Shown here: piece after piece, positions 19,154-29,973 of the stretch
Numbering within the stretch: the stretch's first letter is position 1
Layout: each line of letters opens with the position of its first letter
IMG/VR virus record: IMGVR_UViG_3300012003_000002
Span: 33,562 to 97,561 of that record
Source of the DNA: a virus
Length of the DNA stretch: 64,000 nt
Strand: one strand, 5' to 3'
Program-made: the position numbers and the translations under genes
Notes under the pieces: generated by a model
Seen by the model: only the letters and a program-made list of their open reading frames with translations
What the model was told of the DNA's origin: nothing
The model's database searches: none

Positions 19154-21541
19154 TTATTTTTTCTTAATTCTAGCAATTTTATTTGCTTCTTCTCTTAATT
19201 TTACATTATCTGTATGTTTTTTCATATCATCATTTAATGCTTTTAATTTAAGATTATAATCCTTTCTAGCTTCAGTTATATTAAATTGAAGTTTTTCTTG
19301 TGCTAAAGGATCTTTAATTCCATCATCAATAACACTCACTCCGTTAATATCTGCAGATAATTCTGCAATATAAACTTTAGTATCATTATCTCTTTGATTT
19401 TTTACATCTTCAAGTTCAAGTTTTCTATTTTCTAAATCAGCAGAAGTAGCATTTGCTTCTTGTTGTGTTTTATTAGCATCTTGTGCTTGTTGAGATTGAT
19501 TTTGTTGCATTTGTTCTTCCGCCATTTCTAACTTACGTCTCATATCCATTAATGAAGGACTAAAATAAATATCCATTATTGTAGTCATTGAACCACCATT
19601 TTGAATAAATGCTTGAGCATATTGTTTAATAGCATTTTCAAGTTCCATTATTTTAGGAGTATTTGATACTAATAAACCGTAATCAGACTCTGCAAAAGTT
19701 TCACCTTCCATATTTAAAATCTCAATAGTTTGATCATCTAGTATATACTGCACTTTTTTATTTTCAACATCTTTTAATGCTATTTTAGCAGTTTCTAAAA
19801 ATGCTTCTAATACTCTAATTTTAACAGCTTCGTGTTGCATAAACCAATATTCAGTAATATGACTTGATTGATTTACAGAACGTTCTACACCACCTACAGT
19901 TTCACTATTTGAAATTTGTCCTTCACGTTGTCTTGATACACCACAAAGTTCACCCATTTCAACTTTAATAAATTCTAGTAATTGAATATGTTGTTGTATA
20001 TAAGCACCTGTTTCCATATCAATAGCTCTTCCACCAACAGTATTCATATTACCTGCAAGTTTACCTGTAGATTGACCATGTTGACCTTCTTTGAATGAAT
20101 CTACTACAGCAATCTTATTTACTACTGCAAAATGCATCCATTTTTCAATTTCCCAGTTAGCTGGTACTTTTGCTAAATCAAGTTCTAATATTTTACCATA
20201 GTTTGTAGATATTGCTTTATTAAGTCTATCAAACATTACATCATACATATATTGAAAGTTTTTAGCTCTATCTACTAAAGATACAGATTTACCTTGATTA
20301 GTATTATATATTTGACCAATTACACCTAAATGACCTTTAGATGGGTTATTAGCTTTTACATACTGAACTTGTAAAGGTCTCATTTTAAGATAAATATCTC
20401 TACCTAATTTTACACCTTCCCAACCTTCGGATACCCAAAAGTCTGTAGATTCTTCACCTAAATTTTTATCTACTTTATATTCTTCAGATTCAAATCTAAA
20501 TTGTTCATCACCATATTCATCATAGAATTTAATCTTTTTAACTTTACGTAATGATTTCCATCTAACTTTTAATTCTCTAATATTACCATTTTCATCAGTA
20601 TAGTTAGTATTAAAATAATGACCATTTAATTCAGCCATTTGAGTCATACTATCATATAATCCAGCAGCATCAGTTCTATCTCTAAATAACGTATGATTAT
20701 CATAATCTTCAGAGTAAGTACCTCTACTTGTTCTTGTAGAGTATTCTAATAAATGATCAATTTCATCAGGTTTAAGTTCATCGTAATATTCATCTACTAA
20801 TTGATTAGGAGATTTATGATCTTCCATAATAATAATATCAGCATCTTCAAATCTATTTGAATTACCCGTTCTAACAGAATGAACTTTTAATGGATTTAAT
20901 TTTTGAAAAGTAGGTTCACCATGAGATATATTAACTAAATATATTTCTTCTGCAACAAGTAAAGCGTCTTTAAATCCTTCTGTAAATTTCTCAGAAAATT
21001 TTAATTCTTGCCAATAATGTCTAAGAATTTGATTTGCCATTTTTTCACGAATGTCTTTCCAAGTATATTTCATATATTTACCTAATTCATCCATTTTTTG
21101 TTTTAACTCATCATCTTTATAATTTTCTTGTAACATTTGACTAAGTTTTTGAAAAAGAAATGTTTTTTTATCTTCTTCTTTCTTAGTAATTGCATCTGGA
21201 TTAGTTACAATAACAGACCAATCAAATCTACGTTTAATTTCTTCACCTACTAATAAATCAATTTTAGGAACAATGATAGGTATATGTGGTATCATTTTAG
21301 GTACATAACTTGCTTCTAAGTGATGTGGATTAACAACTTCTGTTAAATCCTGCATATCTAAAATACCATTATAAAGATTATAATTAATAACTTTATTTTT
21401 AAATGTACGTCTAATTCTATCATCATGATAAAATGAATGTTTATCTGAAAAATCTAAATTATCTTTTCTCCATTCTTTATCTTTTTTACTATAAGGTAAT
21501 CTTTGTCGTGGTTGTTGTATTCTTAAATTACGTACTTCCAT
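19154..21541 (-). CDS. Portal protein
   Basis: 795 aa; PKIDLLVGEE, GVSRQREGQI...ETVGGVER motifs; C-terminal Gln-rich coiled coil; follows terL. Confidence 0.85.
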   Translation of the reverse strand: MEVRNLRIQQPRQRLPYSKKDKEWRKDNLDFSDKHSFYHDDRIRRTFKNKVINYNLYNGILDMQDLTEVVNPHHLEASYVPKMIPHIPIIVPKIDLLVGEEIKRRFDWSVIVTNPDAITKKEEDKKTFLFQKLSQMLQENYKDDELKQKMDELGKYMKYTWKDIREKMANQILRHYWQELKFSEKFTEGFKDALLVAEEIYLVNISHGEPTFQKLNPLKVHSVRTGNSNRFEDADIIIMEDHKSPNQLVDEYYDELKPDEIDHLLEYSTRTSRGTYSEDYDNHTLFRDRTDAAGLYDSMTQMAELNGHYFNTNYTDENGNIRELKVRWKSLRKVKKIKFYDEYGDEQFRFESEEYKVDKNLGEESTDFWVSEGWEGVKLGRDIYLKMRPLQVQYVKANNPSKGHLGVIGQIYNTNQGKSVSLVDRAKNFQYMYDVMFDRLNKAISTNYGKILELDLAKVPANWEIEKWMHFAVVNKIAVVDSFKEGQHGQSTGKLAGNMNTVGGRAIDMETGAYIQQHIQLLEFIKVEMGELCGVSRQREGQISNSETVGGVERSVNQSSHITEYWFMQHEAVKIRVLEAFLETAKIALKDVENKKVQYILDDQTIEILNMEGETFAESDYGLLVSNTPKIMELENAIKQYAQAFIQNGGSMTTIMDIYFSPSLMDMRRKLEMAEEQMQQNQSQQAQDANKTQQEANATSADLENRKLELEDVKNQRDNDTKVYIAELSADINGVSVIDDGIKDPLAQEKLQFNITEARKDYNLKLKALNDDMKKHTDNVKLREEANKIARIKKK

Positions 21542-21563
21542 TTATCTAATTTTATTTAACTTT

Positions 21564-21595
21564 ACAATATACAACATTTTACTTTTAATTCAAAA
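21564..21595 (-). promoter_or_regulatory. Promoter TTTTG-N19-TATATTGT
   Basis: Variant -7 box with 19-nt spacer upstream of the portal gene. Confidence 0.5.
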
Positions 21596-21609
21596 TGATT
21601 TATCATATA

Positions 21610-23883
21610 TTAATAGTATATTTGATTTTCGTTCATAGCGTTTGGTTTATTAAAATTTTTATTAAAGAATTTATCATTTGCTAAAGTTTCAACTTGTTTA
21701 TCTTTATTAGCTATTGCAGATTGTGTTCTTTTATATCTATCTTCTCGAAGTATAAATAACATACCACCTGCAGATACTCTATCAAAGTTACCATCTGAAT
21801 TCCATTTAATACATTCTTCAATATATGCCAAACCTCTTATAGTATGTAATTTTAATTTACCAGGATTTTCTTCATCTTCTACAGATGTATTCATCCAATC
21901 AGCTTGTAACTTTCTGCCCCATTTATTTACTTCAGCATTTGCCATTGTACCTTTTGATGTATTACCATAACCCATATCTTTAGTCATTTGCATATCTTTA
22001 AGAATTTGAGGTGTGTCACATAATCTAAACAATGCATTCTTTTTATCAAAGTAACTAAATAAACCTTTTAAGTTTTTTTCATAATTAGCTATAGCATTAT
22101 AAAATTCTAATGTTCTTAATGCTATTTCATAAGCTTCTTCTGCCAATCTAGGTCTTCCTGAAAATTCTGCTACAATTCTATCTGTAAATAAATCCATAAC
22201 TATTATTGAAAATAATGAAGTTCCTGAATCTGCATCGATTGGATCAATTCCTGCAATATATCTACCATGTGCTATTTCACCATTTGCGTTTTCAGAAGGC
22301 ATTTCAAATATTTCTAAACATCCTTCACGATTAGCATTATCTTTATCATAACTTCTTAATGGAAATTTATCATTATTTAATCTCCATTTAAGTTTACCAT
22401 CACTAGTTCTAACTATTTCTCCAACATAATGTTCAGCTAAAAAAGATTCTTTTCTTACCATTATAGTTTCTAAATAATCTTTAAGATCTGATACTGGAAA
22501 TACAGTTCCCTCAGTACGCATAATAGCTTCTTGAGGAGTAATTGGTTCCTCAGCTTTCTTTTGAGTAATTGCAGAAGGATCTGACGAATTATATTTAATT
22601 TTATATCTATTCGTAAGAATTTGTAATAAAGCTTTAATTACATCAGGTTCACCACATTCTTCATCATAACAACCATTACGATTTAAATATCCACCCCAAA
22701 AGAATCCACAAGTAGTATCTCCTCTAGTATTTTTATCAAATACATTAGGAATACCATATATTTCATAAGCAGCAGTATTGTAAAATAGTTTTTCAGAACC
22801 TTCAAATGAACCTCCTTCAACTCCACCTGTTCCGCCTGCTAACATAAATCCAAAACCTACATCTCCATCCTCAACAGCTTTTAAATTCACATTCCAAGCT
22901 TTTTCAAGATTAGGAAATAAACCATCTTCTTCATAATGAATAAGTGGTCCACGAATACCCCTAGCTTTATCAGGATTATCTTTTAATGATATTCCGTGTA
23001 CAGAAGATAATAATCCTTGACGTACACCATATTCATCTTTAAATCCTAATTGTATTTCTAAAGTACTACCAGCTCTATCTACAGTTCTCATTCTAGGTAA
23101 AGGTGTATGTTTTGCAATCCAGTCAAGAGTATCTACAACTTTACCCCAAATACCTTTATCACCAGCTAAGAAAGTTTTTTCAGATGCTAAGTGAAAATTA
23201 GGGTTTCCTGTTCCAGGATATACATACATATTACAAGGTGATATTGCTCCCATTTTAAACGAAAATCCAACCCCCCTTGTTTTAAGAAGTTTACCGTGCA
23301 TACCACCATCTCTAGCTTGTTGCATATAATGATAGAATAAATAATCTCCTAACCAAGGTTTTGGAAATTTTTGTACACGTTCTCCTTTTTGTTTCCTGCC
23401 TGTACTTTCAGTTTTAACAATTTCAACTAACCATATTGGACTATAATTCCAATAAAAATATAATTGACCTGGAATCCATTCACCATCACTTTCTCTAACT
23501 AATCCATATTTCCATCTACGTTGTTCTTCTTTCCAGAATTCAGCATATGTAGATTTGGGATTTGGATTAGGTGTTAAATGAGTATATTTATTATGTTTTT
23601 CAAAGAATAATGCACGTTCTCTAAAGAAATCCATATCTTCTAAAATATGAGGATTTGTTAAATCTACATTAACTCTACTATCATTATAAAACTTAGTTTC
23701 TCTAGGTCTATTTTTAGCATAACCACGAATATCTTCAGTAGCTACTAATCTTCTAATAAATTCTATAGAAGATAAAAAGTCTATTAATTCCAACCAAACT
23801 TCTCTTGGGACTGAGTTTTTAATTTCATCAGTTAAAGGAGTTTGAAATTTATTCATTTTATAAAGGGATTTTATTTCATCCAT
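21610..23883 (-). CDS. terL: Terminase large subunit
   Basis: Walker A-like LKTRGVGFS, Walker B HYEEDG, coupling motif GGTGG, nuclease YIAGIDPID and NFDRV. Confidence 0.9.
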   Translation of the reverse strand: MDEIKSLYKMNKFQTPLTDEIKNSVPREVWLELIDFLSSIEFIRRLVATEDIRGYAKNRPRETKFYNDSRVNVDLTNPHILEDMDFFRERALFFEKHNKYTHLTPNPNPKSTYAEFWKEEQRRWKYGLVRESDGEWIPGQLYFYWNYSPIWLVEIVKTESTGRKQKGERVQKFPKPWLGDYLFYHYMQQARDGGMHGKLLKTRGVGFSFKMGAISPCNMYVYPGTGNPNFHLASEKTFLAGDKGIWGKVVDTLDWIAKHTPLPRMRTVDRAGSTLEIQLGFKDEYGVRQGLLSSVHGISLKDNPDKARGIRGPLIHYEEDGLFPNLEKAWNVNLKAVEDGDVGFGFMLAGGTGGVEGGSFEGSEKLFYNTAAYEIYGIPNVFDKNTRGDTTCGFFWGGYLNRNGCYDEECGEPDVIKALLQILTNRYKIKYNSSDPSAITQKKAEEPITPQEAIMRTEGTVFPVSDLKDYLETIMVRKESFLAEHYVGEIVRTSDGKLKWRLNNDKFPLRSYDKDNANREGCLEIFEMPSENANGEIAHGRYIAGIDPIDADSGTSLFSIIVMDLFTDRIVAEFSGRPRLAEEAYEIALRTLEFYNAIANYEKNLKGLFSYFDKKNALFRLCDTPQILKDMQMTKDMGYGNTSKGTMANAEVNKWGRKLQADWMNTSVEDEENPGKLKLHTIRGLAYIEECIKWNSDGNFDRVSAGGMLFILREDRYKRTQSAIANKDKQVETLANDKFFNKNFNKPNAMNENQIYY

Positions 23884-25355
23884 TCTTCAGAATTTAATAC
23901 TACAGCTTCAGTACTGAGTATAACTTTAGCAACTGATACTGCATTTTCTAATGCACATCTAGTTACTTTAAGAGGGTCAATAATATTTAAATCAAAACCT
24001 ATACCTGGAGTTTGATCTTTTATATTACAACCATTTTGTTTTATTGTATTTAATGGTGCAAAAAAACAACTATAAATAGAATCTATTAAATTTTTAGAAT
24101 CAAAGGTATCATAAAAATTTAAATTAAAAACACATTGTTTTAAAGCTATTCCAGCACCTTCTACAATACCTTCTTCTAATGCACAAGCTACAGCTTTAAC
24201 AGCATCATCATATCTATCAAAACGTTCTTTTACTTCAAGTTCTGATTTACCACCAACTTTAATAATAGATATTTTACCTTTAAGATATTCAATTCTTTGT
24301 TTAATTAAATCTTTATCGTGTTCAGCTAACTCTATATTCTTAGATAATTCAGTTAGAGATTCTAATTTAATAGAAACATCTACAGAATCATCTTTAACTA
24401 ATATACTATTGTTTTTAGATATTTTACAAGATTGTAATTTACCAAGAATATCTGTGTTATAAGATTTAGATATATCTGTAATTAATGTACTCCCAGTAAA
24501 CTCACATAGATCTTGCAATAGATCTTTACGGTGTTTAGAGAAGCCTGGCGACTTAATAATACATATTGGTAATGATTGTGATAGAACTAAAGTTTCAAGC
24601 TTTCTAAGAGCTTGTTCGTGAATATCTTCAACAATTATTAATAGTGAATTATTAGGTTGTTGTGTCAATTCTAATATAGCTCTAAAGTTTTCTAACTTTT
24701 CTAATTTACCATCAATAATTAAAGTGTTAACATTAGTAAATTCACAAATACCTTTAGATTGATTTGTAATAAAATGTTTAGAGAAGTAACTCACTGGAAG
24801 TGCCATTCCTGGTAAAGTATCTAACACATCTTCTGTATTAGAACTCTCTTCAATTTTAACTATATCAGAATGGTTATAAGCCTGTTGAATAAGCTCACCA
24901 ATCTGTAGATCGTTATTAGCAGATATGCTAGCAACGTGTTTAATATCTTCATGTTTTAATTCTCGTGAATTAAGTTTTAGTTGTTCAATAACTTTTGGTA
25001 TAATCTCATCAAAAGCTTTGTTAATATCTACAGATTTAAAATCTTTTAAATTATTAACAAATGCTGTAGCTAATACTATTGATGTTGTTGTACCATCTCC
25101 CGCTTCATCAGCTGTTTTTTTAGCAACCTGTTTAATTAAGTTTGCACCAATATTCTTTAATGGGTCTTTAAATGTGATTTGTTCTGCAACGGATACTCCA
25201 TCTTTAGTTATAATATATTCCCCATATTTGTTTTTATTAGGTATAATTACAGTAGCACCATTTGGTCCCATTGTAGAACTAACAGCTCTATTTAAATCAT
25301 TAATACCTTCTATAATCTTATCTCTCGCTTCTTTTCCAAAATATAATTCTTCCAT
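23871..25355 (-). CDS. groEL: Phage-encoded GroEL-like chaperonin
   Basis: TMGPNG, ITKDGVSVA, AGDGTTT, PGF, VGG.SELE, DDAV, EEGIVEG, IIDPLKVTR.ALENAVSVA; 494 aa, no GGM tail. Confidence 0.9.
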   Translation of the reverse strand: MEELYFGKEARDKIIEGINDLNRAVSSTMGPNGATVIIPNKNKYGEYIITKDGVSVAEQITFKDPLKNIGANLIKQVAKKTADEAGDGTTTSIVLATAFVNNLKDFKSVDINKAFDEIIPKVIEQLKLNSRELKHEDIKHVASISANNDLQIGELIQQAYNHSDIVKIEESSNTEDVLDTLPGMALPVSYFSKHFITNQSKGICEFTNVNTLIIDGKLEKLENFRAILELTQQPNNSLLIIVEDIHEQALRKLETLVLSQSLPICIIKSPGFSKHRKDLLQDLCEFTGSTLITDISKSYNTDILGKLQSCKISKNNSILVKDDSVDVSIKLESLTELSKNIELAEHDKDLIKQRIEYLKGKISIIKVGGKSELEVKERFDRYDDAVKAVACALEEGIVEGAGIALKQCVFNLNFYDTFDSKNLIDSIYSCFFAPLNTIKQNGCNIKDQTPGIGFDLNIIDPLKVTRCALENAVSVAKVILSTEAVVLNSEEWMK

Positions 25356-25516
25356 TATCGTTTTAATTTTAAATTAGCAACATCTATATCTAAAAAATAA
25401 CCTAAATCTTCAACATATATTAATTTAAAAGGTCCTTTATATTTTTCCAACTTATCTTTAAAAGCATTAAACTCTGGTTGTATATCTTTTAAAAAATCTT
25501 CTATTGTTATTTCCAT
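25355..25516 (-). CDS. Small hypothetical protein (53 aa, not in ORF track)
   Basis: MEITIEDFLKDIQPEF...; fills the gap and is coupled to both neighbours. Confidence 0.5.
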   Translation of the reverse strand: MEITIEDFLKDIQPEFNAFKDKLEKYKGPFKLIYVEDLGYFLDIDVANLKLKR

Positions 25517-25517
25517 A

Positions 25518-26087
25518 TTATTCAAATTTTAAACCTCCTTCGTATATTCCCATAGCCTGTTGACCTTTCATACGTCCTTCAGTTTCTATTTTCTCTTTAA
25601 TTAATTCTTTTTCTGCTGCTTTTAAATCCTGCATCACAACTTTAATTTTACTAATACCACCTACAATAGTTGTTAATGTAGTTACTGGTTTGTTTCTATC
25701 ATCACGTTCTTCTAATAGCTCTTTAGTCTTAGTTAAGTATTCTGATATATCATTAGCAGCTAATAAAGCATTTTTATACAATTTACCAATTACAGTTAAA
25801 CTTCGTTCTTCATAGAAGTTAATTGCATCTTGCATTACAGAATCTATCTTCCAATTATCAGGAAGTTGTAAATCTTTTATAATTTCTTCAGTTCTAAATT
25901 TAATATCTATAATTAAATAATCAGATTTAATATCTGTATAGTAATATATAAATAACATTTCTTTTAATGCTAAATCTTTATTACGACTCTTATCTCGTTT
26001 TAATATTTTTTTAAAGGGTTCTAATCCCCATATTTGGTCCTCAACAGTGAGAACTCCATCTTTTAATAGGAAACCATTCATCGGCAT
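25518..26087 (-). CDS. Conserved crAss-like protein upstream of terL (possible small terminase subunit)
   Basis: 189 aa helical protein; RDKS..K..A.KE motif; synteny only. Confidence 0.4.
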   Translation of the reverse strand: MPMNGFLLKDGVLTVEDQIWGLEPFKKILKRDKSRNKDLALKEMLFIYYYTDIKSDYLIIDIKFRTEEIIKDLQLPDNWKIDSVMQDAINFYEERSLTVIGKLYKNALLAANDISEYLTKTKELLEERDDRNKPVTTLTTIVGGISKIKVVMQDLKAAEKELIKEKIETEGRMKGQQAMGIYEGGLKFE

Positions 26088-26106
26088 TAATTTTGTTTTA
26101 TACCTA

Positions 26107-26138
26107 TAAAACCCAACTAGATTTCTCAGGTTGGGTTA
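26107..26138 (-). terminator. Intrinsic terminator
   Basis: AACCCAAC...GTTGGGTT hairpin with A tract. Confidence 0.55.
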
Positions 26139-26145
26139 TAGTTTA

Positions 26146-26319
26146 TTATTTTTTAACTTTTGATAGTTCTTCTTTAACTTCTACAGGTTCTTGTAAAGCA
26201 TTTTTAACTACATTTAAAGCTGCTAGAATTGTAGCAGATTCTTCTAATTTAAAAGCACCTTTAGAATTTGCTAAATTTAAAGCTTGTTCAATAATTTGTA
26301 TTCCTTGTTCTTTTTCCAT
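26146..26319 (-). CDS. Small hypothetical protein (57 aa, not in ORF track)
   Basis: MEKEQGIQIIEQALNLANSKGAFKLEESATILAAL...; genome-typical codons; followed by a terminator. Confidence 0.6.
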   Translation of the reverse strand: MEKEQGIQIIEQALNLANSKGAFKLEESATILAALNVVKNALQEPVEVKEELSKVKK

Positions 26320-26337
26320 ATTTAATTTAATTATAAT

Positions 26338-26718
26338 TTATTCGTTTGTTTGTAAATCTTTAGAATTTGTAAATCTTGTTTTAATTAATCTATCTTCAAT
26401 AATAGCAAATATCTTACCATCAAATTCAATAGGATCTAATTTAATTGTGGTAAAATCTTCATGTGAATTATTAGGATTAATTTGTTTACTTAACATTTTA
26501 TCTAAATCAAGTCTAATCTTATCACCTACTTCGATATTATGACAGTTTGGACCTTTTGCTATAATGTATTGAAATTGACTCATTGCATTATCAGATAAAT
26601 CTAAACTATCTAATGTATCTTCTGTATTTAAAGTAATTACTACTTTGTTAAACATTGGTTGCTCCAACCATTCTTTACTAATCTCTAAAGCATCATATGC
26701 TGTTACGTTCTCTTTCAT
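26338..26718 (-). CDS. GroES-like co-chaperonin
   Basis: QPMFNKVVI...IIAKGP....IEVGDKI...IEFDGKIFAIIEDRLI mirrors GroES PLxDRVxV...VxAVGxG...VxVGDxV...xxDGxEYxxxxExDI. Confidence 0.65.
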   Translation of the reverse strand: MKENVTAYDALEISKEWLEQPMFNKVVITLNTEDTLDSLDLSDNAMSQFQYIIAKGPNCHNIEVGDKIRLDLDKMLSKQINPNNSHEDFTTIKLDPIEFDGKIFAIIEDRLIKTRFTNSKDLQTNE

Positions 26719-26992
26719 CTTTTTCTTCCTTACTTTTTTGTAATCTATATTTATGTTTATCTACTATTTCTCCTGATGTATATACTTTCCCTAAGTATTT
26801 AAAAAAGAAGTTTGTTTTTAAATTATCAATCTCTTCCGCAGTCATTGTATCTAATAACATTTTCCTAATCTCCTCATACATAAACCTGAATTGTGATTCG
26901 ACTATCTCTCTTACTTCACAATCTCTAAGATTATTATTTAAACCTATTGTATGAATAATATCATTTACTTTCTTTTCTTGAATTTTATCCAT
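26693..26992 (-). CDS. IHF/HU-like DNA-binding protein
   Basis: Helix-helix V.EIVESQF.F followed by F.FKYLGK, as in crAss IHF-like proteins. Confidence 0.5.
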   Translation of the reverse strand: MDKIQEKKVNDIIHTIGLNNNLRDCEVREIVESQFRFMYEEIRKMLLDTMTAEEIDNLKTNFFFKYLGKVYTSGEIVDKHKYRLQKSKEEKDERERNSI

Positions 26993-27371
26993 CTATAATT
27001 TTAAAATTAATATTAATAGTAAATACTTTATTCTTTTTATTCATTTGAGGAATATATACAGAAGATATTTCATTATCAATTATAACCTTATTTTTTCTAA
27101 GTTTTGTATATATATTTTCTAAACCTTGTGTTGTAATACCTAATTCATCTGTAATTAAAATTTTAGTATCATAATCAAATACTGTCTTCCATAAAATTTT
27201 ATTATTAGTAATCTCTTTAGAAAACTGATAATGATAATATAATAACAAAGCAACTACTGTATATTGTTGTTTCTGAAGTTTATGAAAAGGTTGTAAAAAC
27301 TCAATATATCTGAAAAAGAAATTTTTAACCTTTACATTTATAGTTGCATTTTTAACATTCTCCACTTTCAT
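26985..27371 (-). CDS. Winged-helix DNA-binding protein
   Basis: ITDELGIT.QGLENIYTKLRKNKVI HTH-like segment. Confidence 0.5.
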   Translation of the reverse strand: MKVENVKNATINVKVKNFFFRYIEFLQPFHKLQKQQYTVVALLLYYHYQFSKEITNNKILWKTVFDYDTKILITDELGITTQGLENIYTKLRKNKVIIDNEISSVYIPQMNKKNKVFTININFKIIDG

Positions 27372-29425
27372 TTTTTTTTATAAAACCTTCTCTAACTACT
27401 TTAACTTCTGAATTTAATACATATTGTATTTCTCCTAATTTTAATTTATAAGAATTACATTCATTAGTTTTATTTTCTAATTGTTGTAATAAATATTTAA
27501 TTAAATCTTGATGTTGAATTATTAAATCTTCCATTTATAATTAATATTTAGGTTTAATCTTCTGTTCTTTATTATATTCAAATATGTTTTTATATTCTTT
27601 TACTTCGTTTACTGAATTACATCGTTGACATATTTCATTACCATCATCATCTACTTCATATTGATTTGGTACAACTAATGTACCACAATGTTTACAAGCA
27701 AAGACTGGTTCGTTATCATAATCTTTCTTATTCATTTTAATTTCATTTATTTTATCTTTTATATCTTGTTGCCATTCTGTATCATAGAATGGAAACGGGC
27801 TCATCTTATTATGATACTCCACATACTTATATAGTGAGTTAAGATGTTTGAGTATTTGTTTGTTCATATTTCGTTTTAATATTTAATAGTATTAACCATC
27901 CTTCATCTTCTTTACTTACATTTACAGTATAACTAAACCTTGGATATTTACCTGTAAATAATTCCATTTTAGTTTGAAAGGTATCTAATTGATCTAATGC
28001 TTTTTTTAAATCCTTTTCAAAGATTGTATATTCTTTATTCATTTATTTTATTATCTATTTTATATAATTCCCAATCTATCTTACTCATTAGATCTGGAAA
28101 ACGATCCCCATTATTACAGGATTTACTAACGTACATTTTTCCTGGCACATCACATCCGCAGTATTTACATTGTTTTGTAATCATACAATCATCTTTACAT
28201 TGTAGCATTCTATAAGATACTTGTTCTTGTAAGTGTTTAGATTCAAATCCTAATTTATTTAAAAACATTTTAGAATTACCTTCAATATATTGTTTTATAT
28301 TATTAATAGTTATTTTATGCTTCATTACTAAGTCGACTAAGTATTAAACTTTTCTCCATTGAATCTAAATCTCTACTAATTAACTCTGGTACAATATTAT
28401 CAATATTATCTTCTGTAACAGGTTCTGGTAATATTTTAAGATAATCAGATAATTCATTAATCTGTTTTAGTTTAGTATAAAATATTTTAACTTGTTTTTT
28501 AGTGTTAAGTTTATCTAAAACATTTTTCTTTCTAATTCCGTTTTTATTGAATGTATGCATTTTTATAATCTATTAAATTTTAAATATTTAGGATTTTCTT
28601 TACTCCATCTAATTCTATATTCTTCTAATTCATTATCAGTTTTAGTTGGAAATATATTTCTCCAATATTCTAATTCTTTAGGATTGTTCTTATTATTCAT
28701 AAATATTCTATTTTCGTATTTAATTTCTTCTTCAGTTCTTAAATCTATAAGTTCTCCGTTTCTCATTAAAATGTAGTATTTAAAATTTTAGTATCTATTA
28801 TTGTATCTCCAGCTTTATTAAATATTAAATGTTTCTTTAAGTATCCAGTCTTGTTTCTAGCAAAGATTTGAACTGTTGGTATATTACCCTCTCCTATAAA
28901 GATCCCTACGTTTAAATCATTAATTCTGTTACCTCTCCATTTCTTAGTATAATGATTATACATATTGAAAATATCTTTTTGATTATCTATAATATGATTC
29001 TCTATCTCGGTAACTTTATTTTGTATATTTATTAACATCTTTATCTTTTATTGGTTTAATTATTAAATTACAGTTTATACAATTTCCTGTAAAACTATTT
29101 GGTCTTGGTAAATTACATCTACATTCTAATTGTTGAAAATTATTCCATTCTTCATTAAAATAAATTCTTTTGTCTTCTTCCATTATAAGGTTTCTTTAAA
29201 TCTATTTACTAAGAAGTTAGTAAAATCATTATTTTTAAATACTCCATTTAAATTAATATACATTCTAATATCTATTGAAGTCTTATCTGGTAAAGTTACT
29301 CTACATTTATTTTGTATTAATAACTTTGACCAATCTTCAAATCCAATAGGTTGTTGATCGTTATAAACAATCTCTATATTAAAATCACAATCTTGTTCTA
29401 GTTTATTACATTTAAAACCTGTCAT
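27352..29425 (-). CDS. Cluster of small hypothetical ORFs (27352-27534, 27541-27867 Zn-ribbon, 27839-28042, 28035-28325 Cys-rich, 28315-28560, 28563-28766, 28766-29038, 29183-29425)
   Basis: Overlapping or abutting ORFs on one strand; CxxC pairs in two of them. Confidence 0.6.
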
Positions 29426-29448
29426 TAAGCTTATTTTTAAATTCTATA

Positions 29449-29480
29449 CAAAGGTAATCAATTAAAATGACATATGCAAG
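29449..29480 (-). promoter_or_regulatory. Promoter CTTGC-N19-TACCTTTG
   Basis: Bacteroidota consensus directly upstream of ORF 29425. Confidence 0.65.
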
Positions 29481-29541
29481 CTTTTTATCATTTATTTTAC
29501 AAAAATATGTAAAATAATTTATTTAAATGACAATTAGACAT

Positions 29542-29573
29542 AAAAAAACCCTTCTCAATTAAGAGAAAGGTTT
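29542..29573 (-). terminator. Intrinsic terminator
   Basis: AAACCCTTCTC / GAGAAAGGTTT hairpin with A7 tract. Confidence 0.7.
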
Positions 29574-29647
29574 ATATATAAGTTACCCATAACCATAATA
29601 TTGTAATTTACAAATAATTAGTTAATAATTAGTTAATAATTAAACAC

Positions 29648-29885
29648 AAAAGGGTTTCCCAAGAAATCTAATTCTTAGGAACCACTTGGCTTATATAGTT
29701 TGTTGAAGTCGTCATACCCTTAAACCCGTTATCTATTCACATATCTTCTTTTGCCCTAGATTGTATATTAAATATACTGTGAAATAGCAACAACCACCTA
29801 TATAAGTTGCGTAATTATGTCTTGTTATTAAATTGTCTAATATTAATTCTGTTTAAAACTGTCTAAATTAATTATCTTTTTAATA
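29648..29885 (-). ncRNA. Candidate orphan ncRNA between a promoter and a terminator
   Basis: Promoter at 29892-29923, no long ORF, nested helices (29690-29698 with 29798-29806), terminal hairpin 29653-29683 plus U tract. Confidence 0.45.
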
Positions 29886-29891
29886 ACAGTA

Positions 29892-29923
29892 CAAAGATAC
29901 AACATTTATTTGTAAATTCCTAA
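29892..29923 (-). promoter_or_regulatory. Promoter TTAGG-N19-TATCTTTG
   Basis: Near-copy of the promoter at 1993-2024. Confidence 0.7.
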
Positions 29924-29973
29924 TAAAAAGTAATTTATTTTACATAAATTGTTAATCACCTATAGCGTTTATG

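Noticed and set aside
21610-23883. Intein or intron in terL (also checked polB)
   Set aside because: Lengths and motif spacing are normal; no intein splice motifs seen.
24925-26954. Plus-strand ORFs 24925-25377, 26093-26542 and 26697-26954
   Set aside because: Antisense to groEL, the groES-like gene and neighbours, with no independent coding signal.
29613-29642. 11-mer tandem repeat as replication iterons
   Set aside because: Only about 2.7 copies of AT-rich sequence; could be slippage.
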